Source: a virus
Taxonomy: Duplodnaviria; Caudoviricetes
Length of the DNA stretch: 64,000 bases
Virus record (IMG/VR): IMGVR_UViG_3300028591_000180
Span: 1 to 64,000 of that record
Direction: 5' to 3' (one strand)
The notes beneath the pieces are model-generated. The model was not told the DNA's origin, searched no databases, and saw nothing but the letters and a program-made list of their open reading frames with translations. The position numbers were made by a program, and so were the translations under genes. Of this stretch, positions 47,801 through 58,634 are shown one piece after another. Each line of letters opens with the position of its first letter. Position 1 is the stretch's first letter.

Positions 47801-49129
47801 ATGCCAGAAATTAGTAAAGTGCAATTACCTTCGGGTGGTATATATGATATTAAAGACGCGACAGCCAGAGAAATGATTTCTGGTGGTGTTTCGTTTATCA
47901 TCGCTTGGAATGGCACTTCAACTCCTGTTCCAGGTAATATCCCGGCTGGAGTAAAGGTTGTTTATAATGGTACTACCTATACCGGCACTATGTCAGCTGC
48001 TTCTGCTGAGGTTGGTGCATTTTATTTAGTTAGGTCTTCTACAAGTACTTCAGAAGGTCCTTTAGATGTTTATGACGAATATGTCCCCATTGGCCCTTCA
48101 GGAAGTAAATCATGGGAAAAGATTGGTGATACTCAATTAGATTTATCTGATGTAGTTACTAATGTTTCTTTAAATAAACAAACAGATGTTGTATTAGGAG
48201 AATCTACTACATTTACAAATTCTACTTCAGCTGTTACTTTTTCAGGCGGTACAAATGATGTAGCTCTAGGTGAAAATACAACATTTGCTTTAACAAGTGG
48301 GGCTGTAACTCACGGTAGCTTATCTGGCCATACTGATACCGTTTTAGGAACAGGAACAACTTTTTCAGTTACAGATCCTACAATTACTGTCACTCCAGCT
48401 CAGACTTATTTAGGTGCTAGTGCTAGTGGAACTGCTGTTGGAGCTGATGGTACTGCTACTGTCGTAACTGGATATGCTTCCCCCACAACTGATACCTTTG
48501 TTAAATCTGTAAGTGCTGAAACAAATAAAAACTTAGTTACAACAACTGTTCCTAATGTTACTGATCCTGGAAGTGCTTCAACCTGGACTTTCACCATGGG
48601 AACTGGAGATGCAGCAGAAACTTTAATTATTGGTGGAGCTAATAGTGTTGCTCCTCAGATGGGAACTGCCATTACTGTTGCTACAGGTTCTACTTCAACA
48701 ACAGGTACAGGAGATGCTGTTGTAACTGGTGTAACAATTGGATCAAGTGCTGCAGCTATCACTGGTCTTGGTACTGCAAGCACAGAAACTGTCTTGACTG
48801 GTGTAAAAGTTACTGCACAGCCTACCATTTCATTATCTTCAAATGCTTCTACGGCTACTGGAAGAGTTCAGGTAGCTACTGGTATTTCAAGTGCTTCTGC
48901 TTCCGGTGGAGCTGTTTCCGCTAGTGGTGATAATGTTACGGCCATTGTAAGTATGCCTACAAGTACAGTTGGTACAGACATTACTGTTGGTACAAATGAT
49001 AAAGTAACTGCAATTACAAATATTGGAACAGGTACTGCAGCTGCTCAAACAATTACTGTTGGTACAAATGATAAGGTTACTTCATTAACTAATGATACTT
49101 CATTGATTGTTACAAAGGGTAATAATTAG
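47801..49129 (+). CDS. Thr/Gly/Ser/Val-rich tail fibre protein
   Basis: 442 aa; ISKVQLPSG..YDIKD start and beta-repeat composition. Confidence 0.75.
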   Translation: MPEISKVQLPSGGIYDIKDATAREMISGGVSFIIAWNGTSTPVPGNIPAGVKVVYNGTTYTGTMSAASAEVGAFYLVRSSTSTSEGPLDVYDEYVPIGPSGSKSWEKIGDTQLDLSDVVTNVSLNKQTDVVLGESTTFTNSTSAVTFSGGTNDVALGENTTFALTSGAVTHGSLSGHTDTVLGTGTTFSVTDPTITVTPAQTYLGASASGTAVGADGTATVVTGYASPTTDTFVKSVSAETNKNLVTTTVPNVTDPGSASTWTFTMGTGDAAETLIIGGANSVAPQMGTAITVATGSTSTTGTGDAVVTGVTIGSSAAAITGLGTASTETVLTGVKVTAQPTISLSSNASTATGRVQVATGISSASASGGAVSASGDNVTAIVSMPTSTVGTDITVGTNDKVTAITNIGTGTAAAQTITVGTNDKVTSLTNDTSLIVTKGNN

Positions 49130-49141
49130 GAGGAATAGAAT

Positions 49142-49525
49142 ATGAGCTATGTAAAAAATACTTGGGCTACGGGTGATGTAGTTACCGCCGACAAACTTAA
49201 TCATATCGAGGACGGCATTGCTAGTGCAGGAGGTATTCTGCCAATCGGTGTAACCATTGATACAGATCCTATCACATCATCAACCGTACAAACATTAGAC
49301 CATACCTGGCAGGAGATTTATAATGCGGCACAAAATAAAGTGTATCCAGTAGTGTTTAAATTAGTTGGTGGTGACATAAAATTGCTTCCGGTGGCAGCTA
49401 CTTATGGTAACGATAGAGATGGGTATACCGTAGTCGTTACTGATCCTTTAGATAATGACTTTATTATAAGTTACCAGTGTACGGAGGCTGATGAATATCC
49501 GCGCTACATCGCAGGCGGTAAATAG
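49142..49525 (+). CDS. tail-associated protein
   Basis: MSYVKNTWATGDVVTADKLNHIEDGI motif of phage tail proteins. Confidence 0.7.
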   Translation: MSYVKNTWATGDVVTADKLNHIEDGIASAGGILPIGVTIDTDPITSSTVQTLDHTWQEIYNAAQNKVYPVVFKLVGGDIKLLPVAATYGNDRDGYTVVVTDPLDNDFIISYQCTEADEYPRYIAGGK

Positions 49526-49617
49526 AAAGTACCCTAGTTAAGTCGAGAGTGTAGAATACCGTTATAAATATATCAAAAAATGAATTTAATTAATAAAAGA
49601 AAGAGGAGTGAGTTATT

Positions 49618-50793
49618 ATGGTACCAAATCCATCAAGTTTAGTTGGTATTGGAACAGTAGGATCTATGCTAGCTGGTGGTAATATATCAAAAGTACAATT
49701 ACCAGATGGAATTACCTATGCCATCAAAGATAGCGTTACTCCTTCTTTAACTCAAAGTGAAATAGACGCAGGAACTGATACCAGTAATAAGTTTATTTCT
49801 GCAAAAGTATTGAGTGAAGTAATAGCTGCAGCTGGAGCCAATGACGGAGCTTTAAAATTACAAAAAGATTCTGACAGTGCTACTTCTATTTTTACAGCTA
49901 ACCAAAGTACTGATACAACTTTAACTTATACTACTTCAACTGTTGGAAGTGCTAGTAATTGAAATCCTGGAACAACACCTACTTTAGGAAGTTCAATCTC
50001 CGCTGATGATATTACTTCATGGAGTACAAATACTCCAACTTCAATTGATACCACAAAGTTCAACGGGGGATCATTTACTAGAGGTACATTCAATGGTGGG
50101 TCATTTACCCAGGGAACTGATACTTTTACTACAAATAAACCTACTGTTATTGATGTTACTAAATTTAATGGTGGAAGCTATATTTCGGCTACGTATTCTT
50201 GGTCGACTAATACTCCAACTTCAATTGATACAACTAAATTTAATGGTGGATCATTTACCCGTGGTACATTTAGTGGAGGAAGTTTTACTCAGGGTACCGA
50301 TAATTTTACTGCTGCAACCTTAGTACCTAGCTTGGCTAGTACGGCAGCAACAGCTTCAACTCCTACTACTTTGACACTTACTTTTACTGGTGGAAGTTTT
50401 ACTCAGGGATCTGATTCATTTACTGCAGCTACTCATGCTAATGATACTTTTACAGCTGCTTCATTATCAAATGGTTTCTACACTGCTGGATCTGCAGCAA
50501 GCTGGGCTGTTGCAACTAACCCATCATTTACTCCAGCTTCATTATCAAATGGTTTCTATTCCGCTGGGTCATCAGCAAGCTTTACCCAGGGTACTGATAG
50601 TTTTACTGCTGCAACTCACGCCAATGATACCTTTACAGCTGCAAGCTTGTTAAGTGGATTCTATACAGCAGGAAGTGCTGCTTCATTAAGTTATACTTCA
50701 AGAAGTATTCCAAATGTTACTAGTACAGGAACAGCTCCATCATTAACAATTACAAGTAATGTCACTGTTCTTACAGGACTTAGTGCTTCATAG
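49618..50793 (+). CDS. repetitive tail fibre protein (391 aa under TGA=Trp)
   Basis: TGA 49960 joins to track ORF 50332; repeats TNTPTSIDTTKFNGGSFT and FTQGTDSFTAATHANDTF. Confidence 0.8.
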
Positions 50794-50806
50794 GGGAGTT
50801 GATTAA

Positions 50807-51346
50807 ATGGCTAATACAAATACTTATATTAATAAAATAGTAGTACCAAATGGGTCTGACACGATTACAGCAAATTTAGTTGACACTGTTAGTGGGTATA
50901 CTAAAAATACAGGTACTGTAACTAGTGTTCAAGTTCAGGGCACAAATCCAATTGTCTCTAGTCAATCTACGGCACAAACTGGGACATTAAGTACTACAAT
51001 CTCACATGCTGACTCTGGAGTAACTGCTGGTACTTATGGTAGTTCATCATTAATTCCCGTAATAACGGTAGACTCTAAAGGACATTTAACAAGTGTAACA
51101 ACTAGTTCAGCTTCTGGCGGAGTAAATGATGTACAAGTAAATGGAACGTCTGTTGTATCATCTGGAACTGCAAATATTGTTACTAATACTGCATATAATG
51201 CTAGTACAAATAAGATCGCAACAATGGCAGATGTAGATGTAGTAACAATTACATATACGGTAATTTCAGGTACTGACTATGAAATGACTATTTCAACAGT
51301 CTTAGCCCCGAACTACGCTCAAACTATTTTAGAGGAGGCCTATTAA
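50807..51346 (+). CDS. tail fibre protein
   Basis: SGVTAGTYGSSSLIPVITVDSKGH and VNDVQVNGTSVV motifs. Confidence 0.75.
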   Translation: MANTNTYINKIVVPNGSDTITANLVDTVSGYTKNTGTVTSVQVQGTNPIVSSQSTAQTGTLSTTISHADSGVTAGTYGSSSLIPVITVDSKGHLTSVTTSSASGGVNDVQVNGTSVVSSGTANIVTNTAYNASTNKIATMADVDVVTITYTVISGTDYEMTISTVLAPNYAQTILEEAY

Positions 51347-51349
51347 AAT

Positions 51350-51976
51350 ATGCCCTTAAAACATGAGACAATAACTGATTTATTCACTGATATTGCTGAT
51401 GCCATTAGAGAAAAAACTGATAGCAACGAGCCAATTGTAGCAGATGATTTTCCTGATTCTATATTGAGTATTGAACAACCTTTACCTTTATATCTTACTA
51501 AAGTAAAAGATTTAATAAATACTACAGTTACTATTGATACAGAATTATCTGCTAATGCGACAATAGCAACTTATAACTTAGATCCTGTTCTTCAAAAGTC
51601 TTATTCTGCAACAGAAAATTTTGTAGTTATTTCTTATGTTATTTGGGTTGGGGATTATTCAGGGACCAAAACTTCTGGGCAATGTGTGTCTTCTGTTTCT
51701 TTTATTCCTGTTATAAGAGCTTATGGATCAACTTATTATGCTACTCCGGGATCAGGCACTGGTTGCACAGCTTGGATGTCTAACTGGTCATATTGTTCAA
51801 CAGGATCACAAGTAACGGGACTTAGAATAGTTCATGGTAGTAGTGATGCTACTAATTTACAGCTAAAGTTAACTTTTTATAAAGTTAATCCTTGTAACTT
51901 TGTAGTTGCTGGTGATTATCTTGTAAAGGCAGTTTTGTATAAGTATGATATTTTATCATTAGGAGGTAGTTTATAA
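51350..51976 (+). CDS. tail fibre/receptor-binding-type protein
   Basis: LFTDIADAIREKT start shared in style with 53323, 57483 and 58635. Confidence 0.7.
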   Translation: MPLKHETITDLFTDIADAIREKTDSNEPIVADDFPDSILSIEQPLPLYLTKVKDLINTTVTIDTELSANATIATYNLDPVLQKSYSATENFVVISYVIWVGDYSGTKTSGQCVSSVSFIPVIRAYGSTYYATPGSGTGCTAWMSNWSYCSTGSQVTGLRIVHGSSDATNLQLKLTFYKVNPCNFVVAGDYLVKAVLYKYDILSLGGSL

Positions 51977-52152
51977 TGGTTTATTATTATAAATTAGATA
52001 CTAGTGGGTATGTAAAATCAATTTTTAAATTGAAAGGTAATTGTACAGAAATAACCGAAGAAGAATATTATTCTCATGTAAATGAAGAAAGTGATGATGA
52101 GCCTACTCCTGAAGAATTAATTGAAGCTGGTAAAATAATGCTAGGTTTATAA
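51976..52152 (+). CDS. small tail fibre assembly-like protein (58 aa)
   Basis: EITEEEY...ELIEAGKIMLG; not in the ORF track. Confidence 0.55.
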   Translation: MVYYYKLDTSGYVKSIFKLKGNCTEITEEEYYSHVNEESDDEPTPEELIEAGKIMLGL

Positions 52153-52194
52153 GTAATGTATAATATATCATAAGTTTTGTAAAGGAGATTTTCT

Positions 52195-52437
52195 ATGCCA
52201 GTTGTAATAGAATACCAAGGTGATTTAGTTCATCATTATTCAAGCACAGGGTTTAAGATCAGAAATACTACTACAGGTGGTATTTATGATGATGCCTGGG
52301 ATTTAATTTCTAATGGTTATGATTATGAAGAAACCGAAGAGAAGATAGATCAAGATGAAGAAGAGCAGCAACAGAGTGAGTTAGAAGAATATGCTGAGGC
52401 CGGAAGGATTTTATTAGGAGAAGAGAATAATGAGTAA
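52195..52437 (+). CDS. small tail-associated protein
   Basis: YSSTGFKIR..TTG..YDDA.D...Y.Y.ETEE...AGRILLGE. Confidence 0.7.
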   Translation: MPVVIEYQGDLVHHYSSTGFKIRNTTTGGIYDDAWDLISNGYDYEETEEKIDQDEEEQQQSELEEYAEAGRILLGEENNE

Positions 52438-52825
52438 GATTATTGATAAAGCAAAATACTTAAGGGCTAAGATTGAAGAATTAGCCGAAACATTAACTGA
52501 TGAAGTAGCCTTACAATACGTCTCCTTATTTAAAGATTGAGCAACTGATACCAGTTATTTAGTTGACGATAGAGTAAAATATAATGATGTTCTTTACAAA
52601 TGTGTTCAGGCTCATACTTCTCAAGATAGCTGGACACCAGATCTAACTCCAGCCTTATGGGTAGTAGTTTCTATTGAAGAGTGGCCTGAGTGGGTACAGC
52701 CAATAGGTGCTCAAGATGCTTATATGACTGGAGATAAAGTTACTCACAATGAAAAGCATTGGATCTCTACGGCAGATAATAATGTCTGAGAGCCTGGAGT
52801 ATACGGGTGGGAAGAAGTAGACTAA
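52430..52825 (+). CDS. CBM5/12 (chitin-binding-like) carbohydrate-binding protein (131 aa under TGA=Trp)
   Basis: LFKD-W...LYKCVQAHTSQDSWTPD...EWVQP...NNV-W-EPGVYGW; TGA at 52538 and 52787 at conserved Trp sites; absent from the ORF track. Confidence 0.88.
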
Positions 52826-52974
52826 TGAGTAAATATAATATAACAAAAAAAGAATTAGCTGAATACATTATGGCTAATAGAACTGAAGATTTTCCTTTAG
52901 ACCAGAAGTTGGAAGATTTTTATAAAAAAGTAAGAGAATGGTGTGATTTAAATGCCGACTATAAGCAAGATTAA
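52825..52974 (+). CDS. hypothetical protein (49 aa)
   Basis: Coupled start/stop overlaps on both sides. Confidence 0.5.
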   Translation: MSKYNITKKELAEYIMANRTEDFPLDQKLEDFYKKVREWCDLNADYKQD

Positions 52975-53323
52975 TGGTTATGATCTTAAAGACAGAGTAA
53001 GTGGCTATACTACCAATGAGGGTACAATAACTGGAGTATCTGTTGCTGGTACTTCAGTAGCTACTAGTGGTGTAGCTAATATACCTGCGGCTACAACTAA
53101 TTCTGCAGGAGTTATGTCTTCTTCTGATAAAACCAAATTAGAGGGTATTGCAGCTGGAGCTGAAGTAAATGTTCAATCGGATTGAAATATTACAGATAGT
53201 ACATCCGATGCCTTTATCAAAAATAAACCTCAGATTTCTAATACCTCTATTACAGCTAATGCTACTAATAAAACTTTATTTATTGATACAGATATTGTTG
53301 ATGGAGATGCGGTGAGTTACTAA
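52952..53323 (+). CDS. tail fibre-type protein (123 aa under TGA=Trp)
   Basis: DKTKLEGIAAGAEVNVQSD-W-NITDSTSDAFIKNKP with TGA at 53183. Confidence 0.85.
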
Positions 53324-54852
53324 TGTCAATTGTTATTACAGATCCTATAAATTATACGCATATAGCTAATTCCATTCGTAATAAGAATGGGTTATCAACT
53401 GTTTACAAGCCATCAGAAATGTCTTTGGCGATTGATGCCCTTAATGTAGGTGGAGTAATTAGTCTGCAGGATAAGTCAGTAACTCCTACTACTTCAACTC
53501 AATTAATTTCTAAGGACAGTGGGTATGATGGCCTGGGAATAGTTACAGTTAATGCTATTCCAAGTGCTTATATTATTCCATCAGGTACTTTTAACATTAC
53601 TGCAAATAACACTTATGACATTACAAGTTATGCCAGTGTTTTTGTAAATGTGTCTGGTGGAGGTGGATCTCCAACAATATCTTCACTGTCAGTTACTCCT
53701 ACAGAATCTGCTCAGACTTTTAACGCTTCAGGTGTTGATGGTTATAAACCAGTTACTGTTGCGGGAATTAGCTCAACTTATGTAGGTACTGGAATTCCCA
53801 GGAAATCAAGTGCAGATCTTACGGCTAGTGGTTCAACCATTACAGTTGTTTCTGGTTATTATTCAGCTCAAGCTACAAAGAATGTTAGTGCAGGAACTGC
53901 TGGTACACCGACTGCCACAAAAGGGACTGTTTCAAATCACAGTATTTCTATAACTCCAAAGGTTACAAATACAGCAGGTTATATTTCAGGTAGTACCATT
54001 ACCGGTACAGCCGTTACTGTAAGTGCAAGTGAGTTAGTAAGTGGGACATTATCTATTACTGCTAATGGTACTGGAATCAATGTTACTAATTATGCAAGTG
54101 TTGATGTAGCTATCCCAGGTGATAATCCAACGATATCATCATTGGCTATTACCCCAACGGAAAGTGAACAAACATTTAATAGCTCTTCTGTTGATGGCTA
54201 TAAACCAGTTACGGTGTCAGCCATTAGCTCTACTTACGTAGGCACTGGAATTACTCGTAGAAGTTCATCTGATTTAACAGCTTCAGGTGCTACTGTAACT
54301 GTACCATCTGGATATTATTCTAGCCAGGCTACTAAAGCAGTATCAAACGGAACTGCTACAGCTCCAGCTTCTATTTCAGGAACTAGCGCTACGGTGAGTA
54401 CAGGAACAAATACTTTAACTTTAACAAAAACTGTAAGCGTAACTCCATCAGTAACTGCTGGTTACATAAGTAGTGGTACAGCTGGAAATGCTTCAGTATC
54501 TCTTACTGCTAGTGTTACAACGCAGGGAACTAGGACTATAACTCCAACTACTAGTAATCAAACTATTTCTTCAGGTACCTATATTACGGGTACTCAAACA
54601 ATATCAGGCGATGCCAATCTTGTTGCTGGAAATATTAAATCAGGTACAAGTATCTTTGGGGTGACTGGTTCTTATTCAGGGCTTGATACCTCAGATGCTA
54701 CTGCAGCAGCTACTGATATTGTTAGTGGTAAAACTGCCTATGTAGATGGGAGAAAGGTAGAAGGTTCATTAGTTATTCAGAAATACTATACCGGTTCTTC
54801 TGCCCCATCAAGTTCTTTAGGTACCAATGGAGACATATATTTCCAGAGCTAG
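53323..54852 (+). CDS. tail fibre protein with an internal ~75-aa duplication
   Basis: LQDKSVTPT..Q...DSGYDGL motif; PTISSL..TPTES...DGYKPVTV occurs twice. Confidence 0.78.
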   Translation: MSIVITDPINYTHIANSIRNKNGLSTVYKPSEMSLAIDALNVGGVISLQDKSVTPTTSTQLISKDSGYDGLGIVTVNAIPSAYIIPSGTFNITANNTYDITSYASVFVNVSGGGGSPTISSLSVTPTESAQTFNASGVDGYKPVTVAGISSTYVGTGIPRKSSADLTASGSTITVVSGYYSAQATKNVSAGTAGTPTATKGTVSNHSISITPKVTNTAGYISGSTITGTAVTVSASELVSGTLSITANGTGINVTNYASVDVAIPGDNPTISSLAITPTESEQTFNSSSVDGYKPVTVSAISSTYVGTGITRRSSSDLTASGATVTVPSGYYSSQATKAVSNGTATAPASISGTSATVSTGTNTLTLTKTVSVTPSVTAGYISSGTAGNASVSLTASVTTQGTRTITPTTSNQTISSGTYITGTQTISGDANLVAGNIKSGTSIFGVTGSYSGLDTSDATAAATDIVSGKTAYVDGRKVEGSLVIQKYYTGSSAPSSSLGTNGDIYFQS

Positions 54853-54863
54853 GAGGTTAATTA

Positions 54864-57269
54864 ATGGCAAATATTAGATTAATTCCTAGTGCTTATACCT
54901 CAAGCCATTCTAGCTACGCCTCTGTATATAGTGGTGAAGCTAATATGTATAATAACACCGACCATACTGCTAATTATGCTTCTTTAAGAGGTAGAAATAG
55001 TAATACTACTACTGCTTATTATATTTTCCTTAGAGGGTTTAACTTTGATGATGTTCCTGCTAATGCATCAGTAACAAGCTTTGAAGTAAAAATAAGATGT
55101 TATAGAAACTCTTATCAAAGAACGGGCGATAACTATAGGCTAAGATTGTCTAGTAGTACAAGTATTAATGATGTTATTTCTGACTCAATAACAAGTACAG
55201 AAATTGGTACTACATCTAGTGTTATTACTATTCCTACTGGCAACTTAACTTGGAGTACTTTAAAGAGTTATGGCGATGACTTCTCTATTGTAATTCCATT
55301 ATCATCGACTGCAAGTAACAGGCCTTATATTTATGTATATGGTGCTGAAATAAATGTTACTTATTCAACTTTACCTACTTATGAAGTTACGGCTACCTCT
55401 AATGTTACTGGAGTTGAAGTAAGCCCATCAACACAGACTATTACTCAGGGTGATTCTGCTACCATTTACATTGATACCTCTGATATTAGTGAATATATTT
55501 TAAAAGATAATGGTACAGATGTTACTTCTAGTGTTGTATACCATCATGAGGAAGGTGGATCAACTACAGAAGATACTGTATTAGGTACTTATACTTTAGT
55601 TAGTGGTTCATTTAATGGCTCTGGCGCTTCCCATTTTAGTGGATTAGTTGGTAAAGGACATACATCTTCAACTACTACTTCTAACTATTATTCAGGTGGT
55701 TCTGGTACCATCGCAGTATTTACTTATGATGTATCATTTAACAACATCCCTGAAAATGCTACTATTGAAAGTTGTTATGCCCTAGTAAATGGACATGCAG
55801 AATCTACTTCACAATCTGCTGAATATATGTGTGCCCAGATTAGATCAGGAAGCACAGAATTATCAGAAGAATTAAATTTTAAATCGGTTGGTACTTCTAA
55901 TAGTACACAAACAATTACTTGTACCACACCACCAACTATCGAACAGCTAGGAAATCTTCAGTTATATTGTAGATTAGGTTACTATGGCGGTGCTCTTAAT
56001 GGTGCTACTGTATATGTAGAATATAGTACACCTTCAGGGTATTATTACACTTATACGATAACTAATGTAGTAGCTGCTCATACTGTTGTATTGGATGAAT
56101 CTACTGGCCCTTACGTACCTGATCCAGAAGACCCTACTAAAACTTATTATTCATTAACTATCTCAAGTATTAATGCTGGTACTAGTATTAATGGAGAATT
56201 AGTAAATGGAACTGTTAGAGTAGAAGCTGGATCAAATGAAACTATAGTAATTTCTCCATCAGATCCTATATTAACATTGGCTTTAGATAATGGCGTTGAC
56301 ATCACAAGCCAATTAATTGGAAGCGTTCCTGTAAATACTTATACAGTTACTACTCAAGTTAGTGGAGCTTCCTATGGATTTACTTTAAATTCTTCTACTG
56401 GATATTATGTGTCTACAAATAATGGTGTTTCCAAATCAGCTTCAGTAGCGAGATTGAATCTTGATTTTGAATCTGATTGTTTAGTAACAATTCAATACAT
56501 TAATTATGCAGAAGAAAATTATGACTATGGATTATTCGGTAAATTAGATACTACTGTGGCTACTGATGGTTTGACTGCTGGATCAGGCGGCAGCTCTCCC
56601 AGTGACAGTACTAGTAATTATCAACTGGCTAAATGCTCAAATAGTACTTCACCTCAGACTATCACTTATAATGTCCCAGCTGGTACTCATTATATTGATA
56701 TTAAGTACGGCAAAGATGATGCCTCAAACTCTGGAGATGATAGCCTCCAGTGGAAAGTATTAAGCATTGAGCCTACTAGTGCTGGTGGAGATTATACCTA
56801 TATTTTAAATAATATTTCACAGAAACATAGTTTAATTTTTGTTTTTGGTAATGTTTCATATTATTTTGTAACTTCTACAATAGGTAGTACAGGTAGAGCA
56901 TTCCCTGATGGTCAACAGGTAGTTTTGGCTGGAGACCCATACACTATAAATATAGTTCCTAACAATTATCAAGATACAGTTACTTTAACTGATAATGGGG
57001 TCAATGTTACTTCACAGATGGAAGTAGCTACAGGACAAGATAAACAAGGGAATCCTATTACTAGTTATAGATATAAACTATTAAATGTACAAGCATCTCA
57101 TACTTTAGTTATTTCTATTGGTGGTGTTACTGCTAAATTATATATAAAGGTAAATAACTCCTGGGTTCAATATTCTAAAGTTTTTAAAAAGATAAATAAC
57201 TCTTGAGTTGAACAGTCAGATCCATCTTCAGTTTTAGATGTAACTGTTAATTACGTGAAAGCTAATTAG
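54864..57269 (+). CDS. large beta-rich tail/adhesin-like protein (801 aa under TGA=Trp)
   Basis: KVNNSWVQ (TGG) is followed by KINNS-W-VEQ (TGA 57204); ends TAG 57267-57269. Confidence 0.8.
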
Positions 57270-57283
57270 GGAGGAATTAAAAG

Positions 57284-57472
57284 ATGCCAGATCCTAATGT
57301 ATTAGAAAAAATAAATTTAGATAACACTGAATATTTAATTAAAGATGGCGCTACAGAAACATTAACCGTAGCTGAAATTACAACCGGAACAGATACTGAG
57401 AGTAAATTTGTTACTGCTAAAGTTATTCATGATTATATTGATTCTTTAGATGCTACTAATACCTTATATTAG
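57284..57472 (+). CDS. small tail protein
   Basis: LTVAEITTGTDTESKFVTAKV resembles the motif in 49618. Confidence 0.65.
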   Translation: MPDPNVLEKINLDNTEYLIKDGATETLTVAEITTGTDTESKFVTAKVIHDYIDSLDATNTLY

Positions 57473-57482
57473 GGAGTAAAGT

Positions 57483-58616
57483 ATGGGATTAAAATTATAT
57501 CCAGAAACTGCAGTTATTAATCTTGCCAATGCAATTAGGTCAGCTTATGGTGGTATTAGTACTTCATATAGAGTATCTGACATGGCTTCGGCTATTTTAA
57601 ATATCCCCGCAGGTGAGGATAACTTTAGCGTTCTAGCCTCAGTAGTAGATGGCACAATCACTGAATTTTCATATAGTAATCAAGCAATTTCAGTGATTAC
57701 TTCTTGAACTTTTTATGACTGCAGACTTCTTGAAAGAGTAGACTGTCCATCAATTACTGAAATACAAGATCAAGCTTTTCAGAGTTGTTATTCATTATCA
57801 TCAATTAGTTTTCCTCTTTGTTCTTATATTGGAAGCTATGCTTTTGCCTTTTGTAGTAATTTAACTGCAGCCTGTTTTCCTTCATGTGTTTCAATATCTA
57901 CGGCTGCATTTACTAATTGCAATAAAATATCATCACTAAGTTTTCCTCTGTGTACTATTATTGGATCTAATGCTTTTTATGCTATTGGTTCAGGAGTTAA
58001 GTCTATAACTAGTGAGGTATTCCCTATTTGTACTACTATTGGATCTGCGGCTTTTTACCTATGCCATGGTCTATCCTATGTTTATTTTCCTGAAGTTACT
58101 CAAATGCTAGGTAATACTTTTGGTGGTTGTAGTAGTTTGTCTACTGCCGTATTTCCTTTATGCACTAAGATTGATGACTCCTTTAGAGGCTGCAGCCATT
58201 TAACTTCTGTTAGTCTTCCTCTCTGTGAAATAGTTGGCTATCAAGCTTTTTATTATTGTTCTTATAGACTATCATCTATTAGTTTACCAGCTTGTTATTC
58301 AATTGGGTCTAATGCCTTTGCTGAAGCTTATAGGTTAAGTATAATTGATTTAGGGAGTAATAATCTATCAGTAAATAGTGGAGTAATCGGCGCTAGCGCT
58401 TTTAGGTCTTGTCGTAGTTTATTATCACTTTATCTTAGATATTCCTTTACTATTTCTTTGTCAAACATTAACGCTTTTACATCAACTCCAATTTCAAATT
58501 ATACAGCTTCAACTAGTGGAGTATATGGATCAATATATGTACCCTCTTCACTCTATGACACTTATATAACTGCTACTAATTGAGCTACATATTCCTCAAG
58601 ATTTGTAAGTATTTAG
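57483..58616 (+). CDS. BspA-type LRR protein 1, putative receptor-binding (377 aa under TGA=Trp)
   Basis: FP.C..IG..AF..C repeats; TGA at 57705 and 58581. Confidence 0.85.
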
Positions 58617-58634
58617 TTTAGGAGATAATTATTT

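Noticed and set aside
1439-48597. Minus-strand ORFs in the track (e.g. 8777-9181, 19560-19982, 30628-30972, 38432-38758, 44025-44342)
   Set aside because: All are antisense shadows of well-supported + strand genes, with no RBS or recognisable motifs
50006-50653. Alternative-frame ORFs 50006-50323 and 50390-50653
   Set aside because: Shadows of the repetitive 49618..50793 fibre gene once TGA 49960 is read through
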